From Squalus acanthias (lineage: Eukaryota), in NCBI GenBank assembly GCA_030390025.1, contig CM059433.1, positions 31,498,001-31,562,000 of the forward strand: a stretch of DNA of 64,000 bases, read 5' to 3'. Of this stretch, positions 51,276-64,000 are shown one piece after another (the stretch's first letter is position 1; the number at the start of each line of letters is the position of its first letter). The notes under the pieces were generated by a model. That model saw nothing but the letters and a program-made list of their open reading frames with translations. It was not told the origin of the DNA and did no database searches. The position numbers and the translations under genes were made by a program.

Positions 51276-52274
51276 CTTTAAGCAGGTACTAATCACAAAT
51301 TTGTACACGTGCCATAAAAAGGAAATACAAGACAGGTAGGACAAAGAAAGGCCCTTTACAAGTATCTTCACATAAGTGGGCCACGATGATTATATCTTCG
51401 TTGTTGATGAATTGAATGGAGTGCTTTAACTGCTGAGAGAGGAGGCACTGATACTTGGTGAAAGTCCATATTCGCAGCACAAGCTCATCGAGCCAGCTGT
51501 CACAGCTCCCAAGCTCCCTCGCAGATAATTGCGAAATACTTACTTTTCAATACTACTGACAATGAATATTATGTTGTTTTTGCATATGTAAATTGAAACG
51601 TTATATTAAAAGGAATTGAACGATGCCTCCAGTACTAAATGAATTTTGAAAAAAAAATGTCTTTCTTTGTCCTATCTGTCTTGTATTTCCTTCTAATTTT
51701 GCTGTTCTAAAATGTTTAGCTGCCCTGTGCTCTCATTTGATTTTATTACATAGTTACAGAGTATTTACCACACAGAAACAGGCTATTCAGCCCAACAGGT
51801 CCATGCTCCACACGAGCTCCTCCCACCTTACTTCATCTCACCCTATCAGCATTTCCTTCTATTCCTTTCTCCCTCTTGTACTGATACAGCTTCCCCTTAA
51901 CTGCATCGATGCTAATCACCTCAACTACTCCTTCTGGTAGCAAGTTCCATATTCTCACCACTCTCTAAGTAAAGATGTTTCTCCTGAATTCCTTAATGGA
52001 TTTATTAGTGACTATATATTCATATATATTCATGACCTCTAGTTTATGACTCCCCCACAAGTGAAAACATCTTCTCTACGTTTACCCTATCAAACCCTTT
52101 CATGATTTTAAAGACCTCTATCTGGTCACCTCTCAGCCTTCTCTTTTCGAGAGAAAAGCTTCTTCAGTCTTTCCTGATAAGTATAACCTCTCAGTTCTGG
52201 TAGCATCCTTGTAAATCATGTTTGCACCTCCTTCAGTGCCACTATACCCTTTTTGTAATATGGAGACGAGAACT

Positions 52275-55200
52275 TTTTTTTTAATTCGTTTATGGGATAT
52301 GGGCGTCGCTGGCAAGGCCAGCATTTATTGCCCATCCCTAATTGCCCTTGAGAAGGTGGTGGTGAGCCACCTTCTTGAACCGCTACAGTCCGTGTGGTGA
52401 ATGTGCTCCCACAGTGCTGTTAGGGAGGGAGTTCCAGGATTTTGACCCAGCGACAATGAAGGATCGGCGATATACTTCTAAGTCAGGATGGTGTGTGACT
52501 TGGAGGGGAACTTGGAGGTGGTGGTGTTCCCATGCGCCTGCTGCCCTTGTCCTTCTAGGTGGAAGAGGTCGCGGGTTTGGGGTGTGCTGCCGAAGAAGCC
52601 TTGGCGAGTTGCTGCAGTGCATCTTGTAGATGGTACACACTGTAGCCACAGTCTGCTGGAAGTGGAGGGAGTGAATGTTTAAGGTGGTGGATGGGGTGCC
52701 AATCAAGTGGGTTGCTTTGTCCTGGATGGTGTCGAGCTTCTTGAGTGTTGTTGGAGCTGCACTCATCCAGGCAAGTGGAGAGTATTCCATCACACTCCTT
52801 CCTTGTGCCTTATAGATGGTGGAAAGGCTTTGGGGAGTCAGGAGGTGAGACACTCGCTGCAGAATACCTAGCCTCTGACCTGCTCTTGATACCACAGTAT
52901 TTATGTGGCTGGTCCAGTTATGTTTCTGGTCAATGGTGACCCCCAGGATGTTGATGGTGGGGGATTCGGCAATGGTAATGCCGTTGAATGTCATAGGGAG
53001 GTGGTTAGACACTCTCGCTTGTTGGAGATAGTCATTGCCTGGCACTTCCGTGGCGCGAATGTTACCTGCCACTTATCAACCCAAGCCTGAACGTCGTCCA
53101 GGTCTTTTTGCATGTGGGCATGGACTGCTTCATTATCTGAGGAGTGGTGAATGGTGCTGAACACTGTGCAGTCATTAGCGAACATCCTCATTTCTGACCT
53201 TATGTTGCAGGGAATGTCATTGATGAAGCAGCTGAAGATGATTGGGCCTACGACACTGCCTTGAGGAACTCCTGCAGCAATGTCCTGGGGCTGTGATGAT
53301 TGACCTTCAACCACCACAACCATCTTCCTTTCTGCTAGGTATGGCTCCGATTCCCATTGACTTCAGTTTTACTAGGGCTCCTTGATGCCACACTCGGTCA
53401 AATGCTGCCTTGATGTCAAGGGCAGTCACTCTCACCTCCCCTCTGGAATTCACTGAATATATTTAAGATCACTGAATATATTTAAGAAGGAGATAGATAG
53501 ATTTCTAGATGCAAAAGGTGTCAAGGGGTATGGGGAGAAAGCGGGAATATGGTATTGAGATAGAGGATCAGCCATGATCATATTGAATGGCGGAGCAGGC
53601 TTGAAGGGCCAAATGGCCGACTCCTGCTCCTATTTTTCTATGTTTCTATTCAGCTCCGTTGTCCATGTTTGGACCAAGGCTGTAATGAGGTCGGGAGCCA
53701 AGTGGTCTTGGCAGAACCCAAACTGGGCATCAGTTAGTAGGTTTTTGGTGAGTAAATGCCACTTGATAGCACTGTCGATGACACATTCCATCACTTTGCT
53801 GATGATTGAGAGTAGATTGATGGGGTGGTAATTGGCCGGGTTGGATTTGTCCTGCTTTTTGTGGACAGGACATTCCTGAGCAGTTTTCCACATTGTCGGA
53901 TAGATGCCAGTGTTGTAGCTGTACTGGAACAGCTTGTCTAGAGGTGCGGCTAGTTCTAGAGCACAGGTCTTCAGCACGATAGCCGGATGTTGTCGGGGCC
54001 CATAGCCTTTGCTGTATCCAGTGTGCTCAGCCGTTTTTTGATATCACGTGGAGTGAATCGAATTGGCTGAAGACTGGCTTCTGTGATGGTGGGGACCTCA
54101 GGAGTAGGCTGATATGGATCATCCACTCGGCACTTTGGTTGAAGATAGTTGCAAATGCTTTAGCCTTGTCTTTTGCACTCACGTGCTGGGCTCCACCATC
54201 ATTGAGGATGGGGATATTCATGGAGCCCCCTCCTCCCGTTAATTGTTCAATGGTCCACCACCATTCACAACTGGATGTGGCACGACTGCAGAGCTTTGAT
54301 CTGATACACTGATTGTGGGATCGCTTAGCCCTGTCTATAGCATGCTGCTTCCGCTTTTTAGCATGCATGTAGTTCTGTGTTGCAGCTTCCCCAGGTTGGC
54401 ACCTCAATTTTAGGGAAGCCTGATGCTGCTCCTAGCATCTCTTCTACACTCCTTATTGAACCAGGGTTGGTTCCCTGGCTTAGTGGTAATGGTAGAGTGA
54501 GGGATATGCCTGGCCATGAGGTTACAGAATGTGGTGGAATATAATTCTGCTGCTGCTGATTGCTCCACAGTGCCTCATGGATGCCCAGTTTTGAGCTGCT
54601 AGATCTGTTCTGAATCTATCCCATTTAGCCCGGTGGTAGTGCCACACAACACGATGGAGGGTGTCCTCAGTGTGAAGGCGGGACTTCGTCTCCACAATGA
54701 CTGTGCGGTGGTCACTGCTACCAATACTGTCATGGACAGATGCATCTGCGACAGGTATATTGGTGAGGATGAGGTCAAGTAGGTTTTTCCCTCGTGTTGG
54801 TTCTCTCACCAGCTGTCGCAGGCCCAGACTGGCAGTTATGTCCTTCAGTACTCGGCCAGCTGTGGTGCTACCGAGCCACTGTTGGTGATGGACATTGAAG
54901 TCCCCCACCCAGAGTACATTCTGAGCCTTTGCTACTCTCAGTGCTTCTTCCAAGTGGTGTTCAACATGGAGGAGTACTGATTCATCAGCTGAGAGAGGGC
55001 GGTAGGTGGTAATCAGCAGGAGGTTTCCTTGTCCATGCTTGACCTGAATCCATGAGACTTCATGGGGTCCGAAGTCAATGTTGAGAACTCCCAGGGCCAC
55101 TCATTCCCGACTGCTGGTGGGACATGACATACCCAGGGATGGTGATGGAGGAGTTTGGGACATTGGCTGAAAGGTATGATTCTGTGAGTATGACTATGTC

Positions 55201-56136
55201 AGGCTATTGGTTGACTAGTCTGTGGGACAGCTCTCTCAATTTTGGCACAAGTCCCCAGATGTTGGTGAGGAGGACTTTGCAGGGTCGACTGGGCTGGGTG
55301 TGCCTTTGCCGTGTCCATAGCCGGTGCTGATGTCGGGTGGTCCATCCGGTTTCATTCTTATTTTGTTTCGTAGCGGTTAGTTACAACTGAGTGGCTTGCT
55401 AGGCCATTTCAGAGGGCAGTTAAGAGTCAAGCACATTGCTGTGGGTCTGGAGTCACATATACCACCATTCACCACCTTAAACATTCACTCCCTCCACCAC
55501 CGGTGTACCGTGGCTGCAGTGTGTACCATCTACCAGATGCACTGCAGCAACTCGCCAAGGCTTCTTCGGCAGCGCCTCCCAAACCCACGACCTCTTCCAC
55601 CTAGAAGGACAAGGGCAGCAGGCGCAGGGGAACACCACCACCTCCAAGTTCCCCTCCAAGTCACACACCATCCTGATTTAGAAGTATATCACCGATCCTT
55701 TATTGTCGCTGGGTCAAAATCCTGGAACTCCCTACCTAACAGCACTGTGGGAGTACCATCACCACACGGACTGCAGCGATTCAAGAAGGTGGCTCATCAC
55801 CACCTTCTCAAGGGCAACTAGGGATGGGCAATAAATGCTGGCATTGCCAGCGACGCCCTGATCCCATAAACGAATTTAAAAAAATATAGGCCAGACCAGG
55901 TAAGGACGGCAGATTTTCTTCCCTAAAGGACATTAATGAACCAGATGGATTTTTACGACAATCCGATAGTTTCATGGTTAGCATTACTGATACTAACTTT
56001 TTATTCCAGATTTATTTAATTAACTGAATTTAAATTCCCCAGCTGCCATAGTGGGATTTGAACTCACGTCTCTGAATCATTAGTCCAGGCCTCTGGATTA
56101 CTAGCCCAGTGACATTACGACTACGCTACCGTTCCC
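52275..56136 (-). mobile_element. Near full-length CR1-clade LINE with tRNA-like 5' head, APE endonuclease + RT, no ORF1
   Basis: Endonuclease motifs TNIWGL..PDIVILTES, VGDFNVHH, LLDLILTN, SSDHRTV; RT motifs GVPQGSVVGP, CFINDIP; head with box B GTTCAAATCC at ~56054-56063(-). Interrupted at ~53455-53650 and 55462-55883. Confidence 0.85.
55462..55883 (+). mobile_element. 5'-truncated copy of the same LINE family inserted antisense in its 5' UTR
   Basis: TSD ATATA (55457-55461 / 55884-55888); reverse complement of 52275-52690. Confidence 0.85.
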
Positions 56137-56389
56137 TGTGCACTGTACTCTAATTGTCGCACTGCTGAGCTTATTATATAGACGGTAGTTGATATTGAGA
56201 CCAAGGAGTCTTAGTAGACTTAACACTAAATATGCCCAAGCGATGTGGAGCAGCAAACAGCAAAGCTAATCGGATGTTGAACTACAGTCAATGATGCGAA
56301 TAGAAGTTGCTCAATCATTAGCCATAACTTTAACAACCCCGGAGCAACAGCGTAAATGGCCAGATTTCCGCCAATCTTGTCCTACAGTT

Positions 56390-57610
56390 ACATAAGAAAA
56401 TAAGAAATAGGAGCAGGAGTAGGCTATTCGGCCTTTGGAGACTGCTCCGCCATTCAACAAGATCATGGCAGATCTTTTACCTCAACTCCACCTTCCCGCA
56501 CTATCTCCATATCCCTTGATTCCTTTAGTATCCAAAAATCTATCGATCTCTGTCTTGAATATACTCAACAACTGAGCATCCACAGCACCCTCTGGCAGAG
56601 AATTCCAAAGATTCACAACCCTTTGAGTGAAGAAGTTTCTCCTCATCTCAGTCCTAAATGGCTGACGCCTTATTCTGAGATTGACCCCAAGTTCTGGACT
56701 CCTCATCCAGGGGAAACATCCTCCCAACATTTACCCTGTCAAGCCCTGTAACAATTTTATATGTTTCAATGAGATCACCTCTCGTTCTTCTAAACTCTTG
56801 GCCTAGTCTACTCAATCTCTCCTCATAGGGCAATCCCCTCATCCCAGGAATCAGTTTAGTGCACCTTAGTTGCACTCCTGCTCAGGCAAGTATATCCTTC
56901 CTTAGGTAAGGAGACCAACACTGTACACAATACTCCAGGTGTGGTCTCACCAAGGCCCTATATAATTGCAGTAGGACTTCTTTACTCTTATACTCCAATC
57001 CTTTTGTAATAAAGGCTAACATACCATTTGCTTTCCTAATTGCTTGCTGTACCTGCATGTTAACTTTCTGTGATTTATGTACAAGGACACCCAGGTCGCT
57101 CTGAAAACGAACATTTCCCAATCTCTCACCATTTAAAAAATATTCTGCTATTCTCTTTTTCCTACCAAAGTGGATAACTTCACATTTCTCCACATTATAT
57201 TCCATCTGCCATGTTCTTGCCCACTCACTTAGCCTGTCTATATCCCTTTGAAGCCTCCTTGCATCCTCCTCACAACTTACATTCCCACCTAGCTTTGAAA
57301 CATCAGCAAACATGGATACATTACACTTGGTCCCCTCATCTAAGTCATTAATATAAATTGTAAATTGCTGAGGCCCAAGCACTGATCTTTGCGGTACCTC
57401 ACGAGTTACAGCCTGCCAACCTGAAAATAATTTGTTTATTCCTACTCTCTGTTTTCTGTCCGTTAACCAATCCTCAATCCATGCTGATATATTACCCCCA
57501 ATTCCGTGAACCCTAATTTTGTGTAATAACATCTTGTGTGGCACCTTATTGACTGCTTTTTGGAAATCCAAATACACTTCATCCACTGGTTCTCCCTTAT
57601 CTACCCTGCC
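56390..57610 (-). mobile_element. CR1 LINE RT fragment
   Basis: 234-aa ORF 56882-57586, close paralogue of 9484-10110. Confidence 0.92.
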
Positions 57611-57619
57611 TGCTAGTTA

Positions 57620-59925
57620 GAATCATAGAATCATAGACTGGTTACAGCACAGAAGGAGGCCATTCGGCCCGTCGAGCCCATGCTGGCTCTCTGAAAGAGC
57701 ACTTCAGCTTGTCCCTCTCCCCCGCCCTTTCCCTGTAGCCCTGCAATTTTTTTCCTTCAGGTACTTATCCAATTCCCTTTTGAAAGCCACGATGGATTCT
57801 GCTTCCTACCATCCTTTCAGGCAGTGCATTCCAGATCCTAACCACTCGCTGCGTAAAAAGTTTTTCCTCATGTCGCCTTTGGTTCTTTTGCCAATCACCT
57901 TGAATCAGTGTCCTCTGGTTCTCGACCCTTCCGCCAATGAAAACAGTTTCTCTCTATCTGCTCTGTCTAGACCCCTCATGATTTTGAATACTTATATCAA
58001 ATCTTCCCTCAACCTTCTCTGCTCTAAGGAGAACAACCCCAGCTTCTCTAGTCTATCCACGTAACTGAAGTCCCTCATCCTTGGAATCATTTTTGTAAAT
58101 ATTTTCTGCACCCTCTCTAAGACCTTCACATCCTTCCTAAAGTGCGGTCCCCAGAATTGGACACAATACTGCAGTGGAGGCCGAACTAGTGTTTTATAAA
58201 GGTTCATCATAACTTCCTTGCTTTTGTACTCGAGGGGCTGGATTTTCTCAGCCCCGAGGAGGTGGGTATGGAGGCGGGTATGGAGGCGGGACTGCCGGGA
58301 AAGTTGCAGAATTTGGGGGCGGGTGGCAAACCCGCCCCCAACCCGACTCCGTGCCCTCTTGCTAGGAGGCGGGAAGCCGTCCTGCCCCGGGTCCCGTCTC
58401 CTTGGAGGCAGGAAGGGATTAAAGCCTACTAACTGCCTGTTAACAGGTAGTTAACAGGCAGAAAATAGGATTATCCCCATTTCTCGTCCTGAAGTGCGGG
58501 CTTCCCGACCTGGGGGAACCCCGCCAGGGTGTAGGAGGCAAGTAGGAGGTCTGCGGGGGTTGGAGGGATCTGAAAGTGCGAGGTAGAGGTGAGTGATGGG
58601 TGCAAGTGTGGAGTGGTAAGTATGTGAGGTGAGTGTAATGTGTTAGAAAATGTTAACTTACCTTTGTTTCTACCTACAGCCTTCAGCCGCTGTGAAGCCG
58701 GAGTCCCCGACATCTCCATTGTAGAGATCACAGATTGGCTGTTGCATCCTCCGATCCAACAGCCAGCTGATTTCTGCAAAGTAGAAACGTTTGATGAGTC
58801 CTGAACACAAGGTCTCATCAAACTACACAGAGGGCTGGATTTTGATACTGGGGCGGGTTGGGGTCGTGTCATCCGCATTTCGTGTTATCCATCCGACTGT
58901 ATTTGGATGTGAGAGATTGATGCAATTTTCACTTAATTGGGCAATTGAGTTCCAGCATGTGCGAACCCAGGAGCTAATTGGTGGTTTCAGTCTGAAAGTC
59001 GCCTCTGATGATGTCATCATTGCTGGTGCATTGCAGGTGAGGTCAGAGACTGCCTGGCTTTTGCTGTGAGTGGACCTGGATGCAAAATGAGCAGCAGCTC
59101 AGAGAGCGAGAGAGAGAGCGAGAGAGCGAGGGAGAGAGAGAGAATTTTTATTTGCATCCAGGTCCTCTCACAGCAAAGGCCAGGCAGTCTCTGAAGACAT
59201 TCAAGCAGCATCAGAGGCGACTTTCAGACCTAATACTACTACTACCTTCATCACATCTCTGTTGTAATAGTGGACCTGCAGCTGATAGTCAGCTATCCAC
59301 TTGTGCTCCCGCCAGGTTTCACTGGAGTGTTTCACATCAGGCGTACTTCACGTCGGAAAAGGGTTAAACTAGCTAAAACGTTTCAAAATGGCATTACAGA
59401 ACCAATTTAGGGCTTGTTAAGGGCTTTAATGGCCTCTCCTGCCTCTTGGAGGCGGGACGGAGTCGGGAACACCGCACACGATTTTATCAAAATTGCGTGG
59501 AGGCGGAATGGAGGCGGGATCAGATCGCAATTTTAACCCCCCACACGCCTCCAAACCCGCCTCCACGGCCCTATGAAAATCCAGCCCAGAATGTCAGTGT
59601 TTGACAGCTTCACAGAGCTGTCAAACGATGACATTTCTTCTTTCAAAAGTTCTTGACAGATGACACGTCATACGTTGACGTGCTTTGTCACTGACTTCCC
59701 CCTAATTGGCCTGCTGAGCCCGCTGGGCGGGCTTAACAAGGTCAATCAGGGAAAATTCCCACTGGTAGTCAGAAGCTGATGGAGGCGGGACTGAAACACG
59801 GCAAGCAGCAGTCCCGCCTCCAAAAGCTTCCCATTCAGAAAATCCAGCCCTATGCCTCTATTTATGAAGCCCAGTATCCCGTATGCTTTTTTTATCTGCT
59901 TTCTCAACCTGCCCTGCCACCCTAG
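57620..59925 (-). mobile_element. CR1 3' fragment split by nested MITEs (58235-59850 containing 58832-59587)
   Basis: CR1 sequence resumes at 59851. Inner MITE gggctggatttt...aaaatccagccc has TSD AGA; the empty site is seen in the paralogue at ~19930-19960. Confidence 0.85.
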
Positions 59926-60284
59926 TTGTACCCTCAAAAAACTCTAGCAGTTTTGTCAAACATGATTTCCCTTTAATGAACCATGAGAAACTTTCTGGTG
60001 TGCCTGAGGACGTAATGATCTAAACCATGTAGTGCTCTGGTCAGACCGTGCCTCGAATACTGAGTCCAGTCCGGGTCGCCAGAAAACAAGAGACATTCAA
60101 GTGCTGAAACCATTGCAGTGAAGAGCCAGTGTTAGGGGTCTGAGATATTCGGAACAGTTGGATTGACTTGGGTTCTTCAGCCAGGAATAGTAGCATCTGA
60201 TAGGTGATCTTACAGATGCTTATATGAGGTTGTTAGGCGTATAGGAAAAGTTAACCCCAAATATTACTTTAAATTAAACTGTAC

Positions 60285-62137
60285 GGGGTAGAGTTTCCGC
60301 TAGGTTGCGTGGTCACAAGTCGCCCGTAATCGGCCAAACCAGCGCAAAAGATCGAGGAATTTCAGGTGCAAATTACGTGCAATGCAAATCAAGTTTCCGC
60401 GATCTTTTGCGCTGGTTTAAAAAAACATCGTGCTAGAAGCTGCTCCCGCCCACAAAACTGGCCACGACCCCAGATCGAATTAATCACCATGATGAGTTTC
60501 CACTAATTGTGCCCGTTTGCAAGCATTCGAGAAGGCTCTTAAAACTAAGCTGTGATTTAGGTGCAAGGACTCATACGCACCTTTTAAAAGATTTTAAATA
60601 TTTAAAAAAAATTTACTAAGAAACTGACTGCTGTACACCAATGGAACTAGTAAATGGTTCAGTATAGTTTTTTAAAGTCAGTTACTCACAGGTGGTGCAC
60701 TAGAGAGACTGATTACTTCAATAAAATATTAAAAATCCAGTCCAAAAGCTTAAATGCAAAATTACCTGAAAGATGTGTGTGTCCCTTTAAGAATGCTGCA
60801 CGCTCGCTTTTCCACCACTAGCTGGGCAGGCTGCATTTCTTGGATGTGTGAAATGAGGAAGGCACAAGAGTGGCGTTGGGGTGAGGGGAGGCGGGAAAGC
60901 AAGAGGTGCATGCGAGAAGGACGATAACATATGAGGATACCAGCATCTTGTATCCTTTCAGCCCCACCGCTGGCCAAGAGCTCAGCCATGCCCCTGCCAA
61001 GAATGGCCAGCACCGTCTCCTCCAAGGGGATGAGATGAGGCTAGGAATGGGAGGTGTGCCTCATGTTTGGTACAGATTGTTGGTAGGTGAGTGATTGGAG
61101 GCAGGGGAGTCGTGCATTGAGAAGTGTGTGAGGCTAGTGGTGCAGTTGGTAGGAGATGGCTTTTGATGATGCATTCACTGACCTTGACCAGTGATCTGAG
61201 GCCATGAAGCCTCTTTGGTTGGGCACTAGAGCCAGGTCATGGGGGGTGGGGGTGGGGGGGGGAGGCAAACTGCTGGCAGTGACAGCCTCGGTGATCTGGT
61301 CCCACATCCTTCTATCCGGAGGTCCTCCTAGCCCCTGTGGGTAGAGGACCTATCTTGCAGTGTTGACCCCCTGCACAAAGCTGGAGTGCTGCCTTCCATG
61401 GCTTGTTTTAGTGCTGAAGCACTTTTCCCATTGTTTTTAGATGCAGAAAGCAACGGAAGCTTTAGGAGCTGAAGACTGCCATTTGGGAATTCTTTTTAAA
61501 GTTAATTTTTTTTCAGAAGGTAGTTGAGCTGTCAGGGCTGAAAACTATCTATTTTTAAATGATTTTTATTTATTTCATTTTAGAAGGCAGTTCCCCTTTA
61601 AGGGACCACACTGCTCTCTAAAATGGCAGCCTTGCTTTAAGAGAAGGCTATTCTTGCTGCAATCACGCTACGGCCACACTACATTGGGCCTCCTGCCGGG
61701 ACTATCCCCATGAAAACGGCCTTGCGAGGTAAGTTTAGTGCCGGGCTAATGTTAATTAGCAACCAACGCCAATATCCTGCCAGCGCCATTATTTTTGGCG
61801 GCCCGCAGTGGCACCAGCAGGCTTTTAGCACTCTCCAATTCTAGGCCAATACTTTTTGGGATAACCCTATTTTTGGCTGCATTAATAAAACTGCACCAGG
61901 TTACCACTCTTAAATATATCTCATTTTTTTAAAGCAAGGGGAAAAAAAATTAATTACGTACAAAAACGCTGCCTGATTGCGCTGGTCCTTGGACAATTTT
62001 ACTTTTGTGATTATGCAAATGTATTTGAGCTTGAATGGTTGAGTTTGAACCACAAATTCACTTCGGAAAACTAGCGCAAATTTGAGCACAATTTGCACCT
62101 GGATTGCCGATTGCGCCCAAAGCGGAAACGCCACCCC
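60285..62137 (-). mobile_element. Non-autonomous Harbinger element with decayed Myb/SANT-like ORF
   Basis: TIR ggggtagagtttccgct ... agcggaaacgccacccc; minus-strand peptides VLYPQG..RRMWDQITEAVTASS and LEETVLAILG resemble Harbinger Myb/SANT proteins. Confidence 0.65.
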
Positions 62138-62899
62138 GATGAATAGAATTCGAGAAACCAGGCTCAAACTAGTCTGATATCAGTACATTTTTCTTCACGC
62201 ACCATGTGCAAGAAACTTCCAACTCGAGTCATGAAACCCTAGAATCATTTGAAAAGGAAAAAAAGAAAGACTTACACAACCTCAGGATGTCCCAAAGCAC
62301 TTTACAGTCAATGAATTACTTTTGATGTGTGGTCACTGTTGTAATGTAGGAACAATGGGGAATGTTACTTTCTATCTAGAATTAAAATGGACTGAGCAGT
62401 CTTTCTCAACTATAATTATCTTATGAATTTTGCGGTATCTCTCAATTAAGTCATCCATGATCTTATACTTCTCACCTTGGGACAGCCCTGGTATGTCTAA
62501 CATAAGCACCTTCTGTTAGTTCTAATAGAGTCGAAATTTCTTTATTTGAATTGATGACTGTTGTGCTGTGTTTGAAGCAAGCCCTGTTGCAGTTTTAATG
62601 AATCTCAGTTCATTTTACCTCTATCCACAAAAGATGCTTTGAAATTCAAATTCCAGAAAAAAAATTTAGAAGCTACACAGTGAAATTAAGGACAGAAAAT
62701 GCTGGAAGCATCTGAAAGAAAAGATAGTTTAATGTTTTGAAGACAATACATCTCTAACACAGGAACCTACAATTCCTGGAGAGTGGAAATGAGACCCAAT
62801 TGAAGTACGGAGGTCATTATTTGGGACAGATCGTCTCCGTGTCTGCTCTATCTAACTAACCTGGAAATTCATGGTAGAGGGGGATGCATAAATATAAGT

Positions 62900-63175
62900 C
62901 ACTAATAAATCCAATAAGGAATTCAGGAGAAACCTCTTTACCTGGAGAGTGGCGAGAATGTGGAACTCGCTACCACAAGGAGTAGTTGAGGTGAATAGCA
63001 GAGATACATTAAAGGGGAACCTAGATAAGTACATGAGGGAGAAAGGAATAGAAGGATATGCTGATAATGTTAGATGAAGTAGAGAGAGAGGAGGCGCGTG
63101 CAGAGCATAAACACCTGCACTGACCAGTTGGGTTGAATGGCCTGTTTCTGTGCTGTAAATTCAATGCAATACTAT
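62900..63175 (+). mobile_element. CR1 3' end
   Basis: Same 3' UTR as 8945-9075/10620-10710 and reverse complement of 25258-25520. Confidence 0.8.
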
Positions 63176-63529
63176 GTACATACCATGGGGCATCAATGGG
63201 GGCATTCCGAAGATTGCCAGGCAATTCCACCCAGCCGGGCCCATCTTATGTCCAGCGGACCCCACAGCTCTTGCCAGCAGATGCGGGTTCTGTTGTGGTC
63301 CAGCAAAAGGCTGGTTAAATGTTGCATGCGGGATGGAAGAAAAATAATTTGCCTCCATCTTTGGCACTGTAAAGGCCTAGGCCCCCCACCAAGGTGACCA
63401 GTAGCTGCTTCAAGATTCATGAGGCACAGTGATTTGGGACAGAGACCTGGCGAGGCCTAAGCAGTGGATGGATGTCCTGCTCCACTTGCGCTTCTGTCCC
63501 ATTTGAAGTGTTGCCAGAATTTCTAAAAG

Positions 63530-63790
63530 AAAGGACTTGCATTTAAACAGCGCGTTTCAGACTTCAGGACGTCCCAAAGCATTTAACAGCCAATGCACTA
63601 CTTTTCAAGTTCAGTCACTGTTGTAATGTAGGAAACGCCGCAGCCAAATTGCACACAGCAAGGTCCCACAAACAGCAATAAATTAAATGGCCAATTAAAC
63701 TGTTTTAGAGGCTGAGGAATAAACATTGGCCAGGGCACCTCCTCTGCTCTTCTTCCAATATTGGCATGGGATCTTTTACATCCACCTGAA
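63530..63790 (-). mobile_element. Deu-core SINE fragment
   Basis: catgggatcttttacatccacctga is the reverse complement of the core. Confidence 0.75.
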
Positions 63791-64000
63791 AGATGGCACT
63801 TGGTGTGTTTTCCACCATCTCCATCCTGTTCTCTGCTCCGCAATTTTCTGCCTCTTCCTGCGCTCTTTTCTCCTTCAATTCACCAGCTGTGTCCTCCGCC
63901 TGCTCCGCTTCTCCAGCTGCTCCACTCATACCTCGTGCTCCTTCTCCTTCTCCCATCTCCTCGTCACTCCAGGGGCTTCCTTCTGCCTCACACTCACAGT

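Noticed and set aside
51289..51540. Possible minus-strand exon
   Set aside because: No recognisable domain or convincing splice-site pair.
56040..56136. tRNA-like sequences here and at 5510-5570, 16390-16454, 37504-37575
   Set aside because: These are SINE/LINE heads continuing into repeat bodies, not standalone tRNA genes.
63170..63500. Several overlapping short ORFs considered as Harbinger transposase
   Set aside because: No DDE-family motif recognisable in any frame.

Overview
Repeat-dense vertebrate genomic DNA, very probably from a shark (elasmobranch), judged from its CR1/L2 LINEs, Deu-core and V-core SINEs and Penelope fragments. The whole window is intronic/exonic territory of one very large minus-strand gene. 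Three small EGF-domain exons (38379-38483, 21087-21220 and <1-107) splice in phase and resemble the N-terminal EGF region of EYS (eyes shut homolog). The main feature is an ~8 kb LTR provirus (26006-34055, antisense to the host gene). It has a 4-bp TSD, a tRNA-Arg PBS, a coiled-coil/CCHC gag ending in a UGA-CUAG readthrough context, and an internally deleted pol retaining protease and a retrovirus-type RNase H tail. Its env is not a typical retroviral env: signal peptide + Ig-like domain + furin site + ~450-aa F-protein-like fusion subunit, suggesting a lokiretrovirus-like element. Also present: two solo LTRs, a 400-bp inverted duplication next to an exon, a tRNA-headed LINE lacking ORF1 plus a short derivative, and many nested PIF/Harbinger-type MITEs. 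All family assignments come from motif recognition and recall; no database search was run. Repeat boundaries without a stated TSD are approximate.
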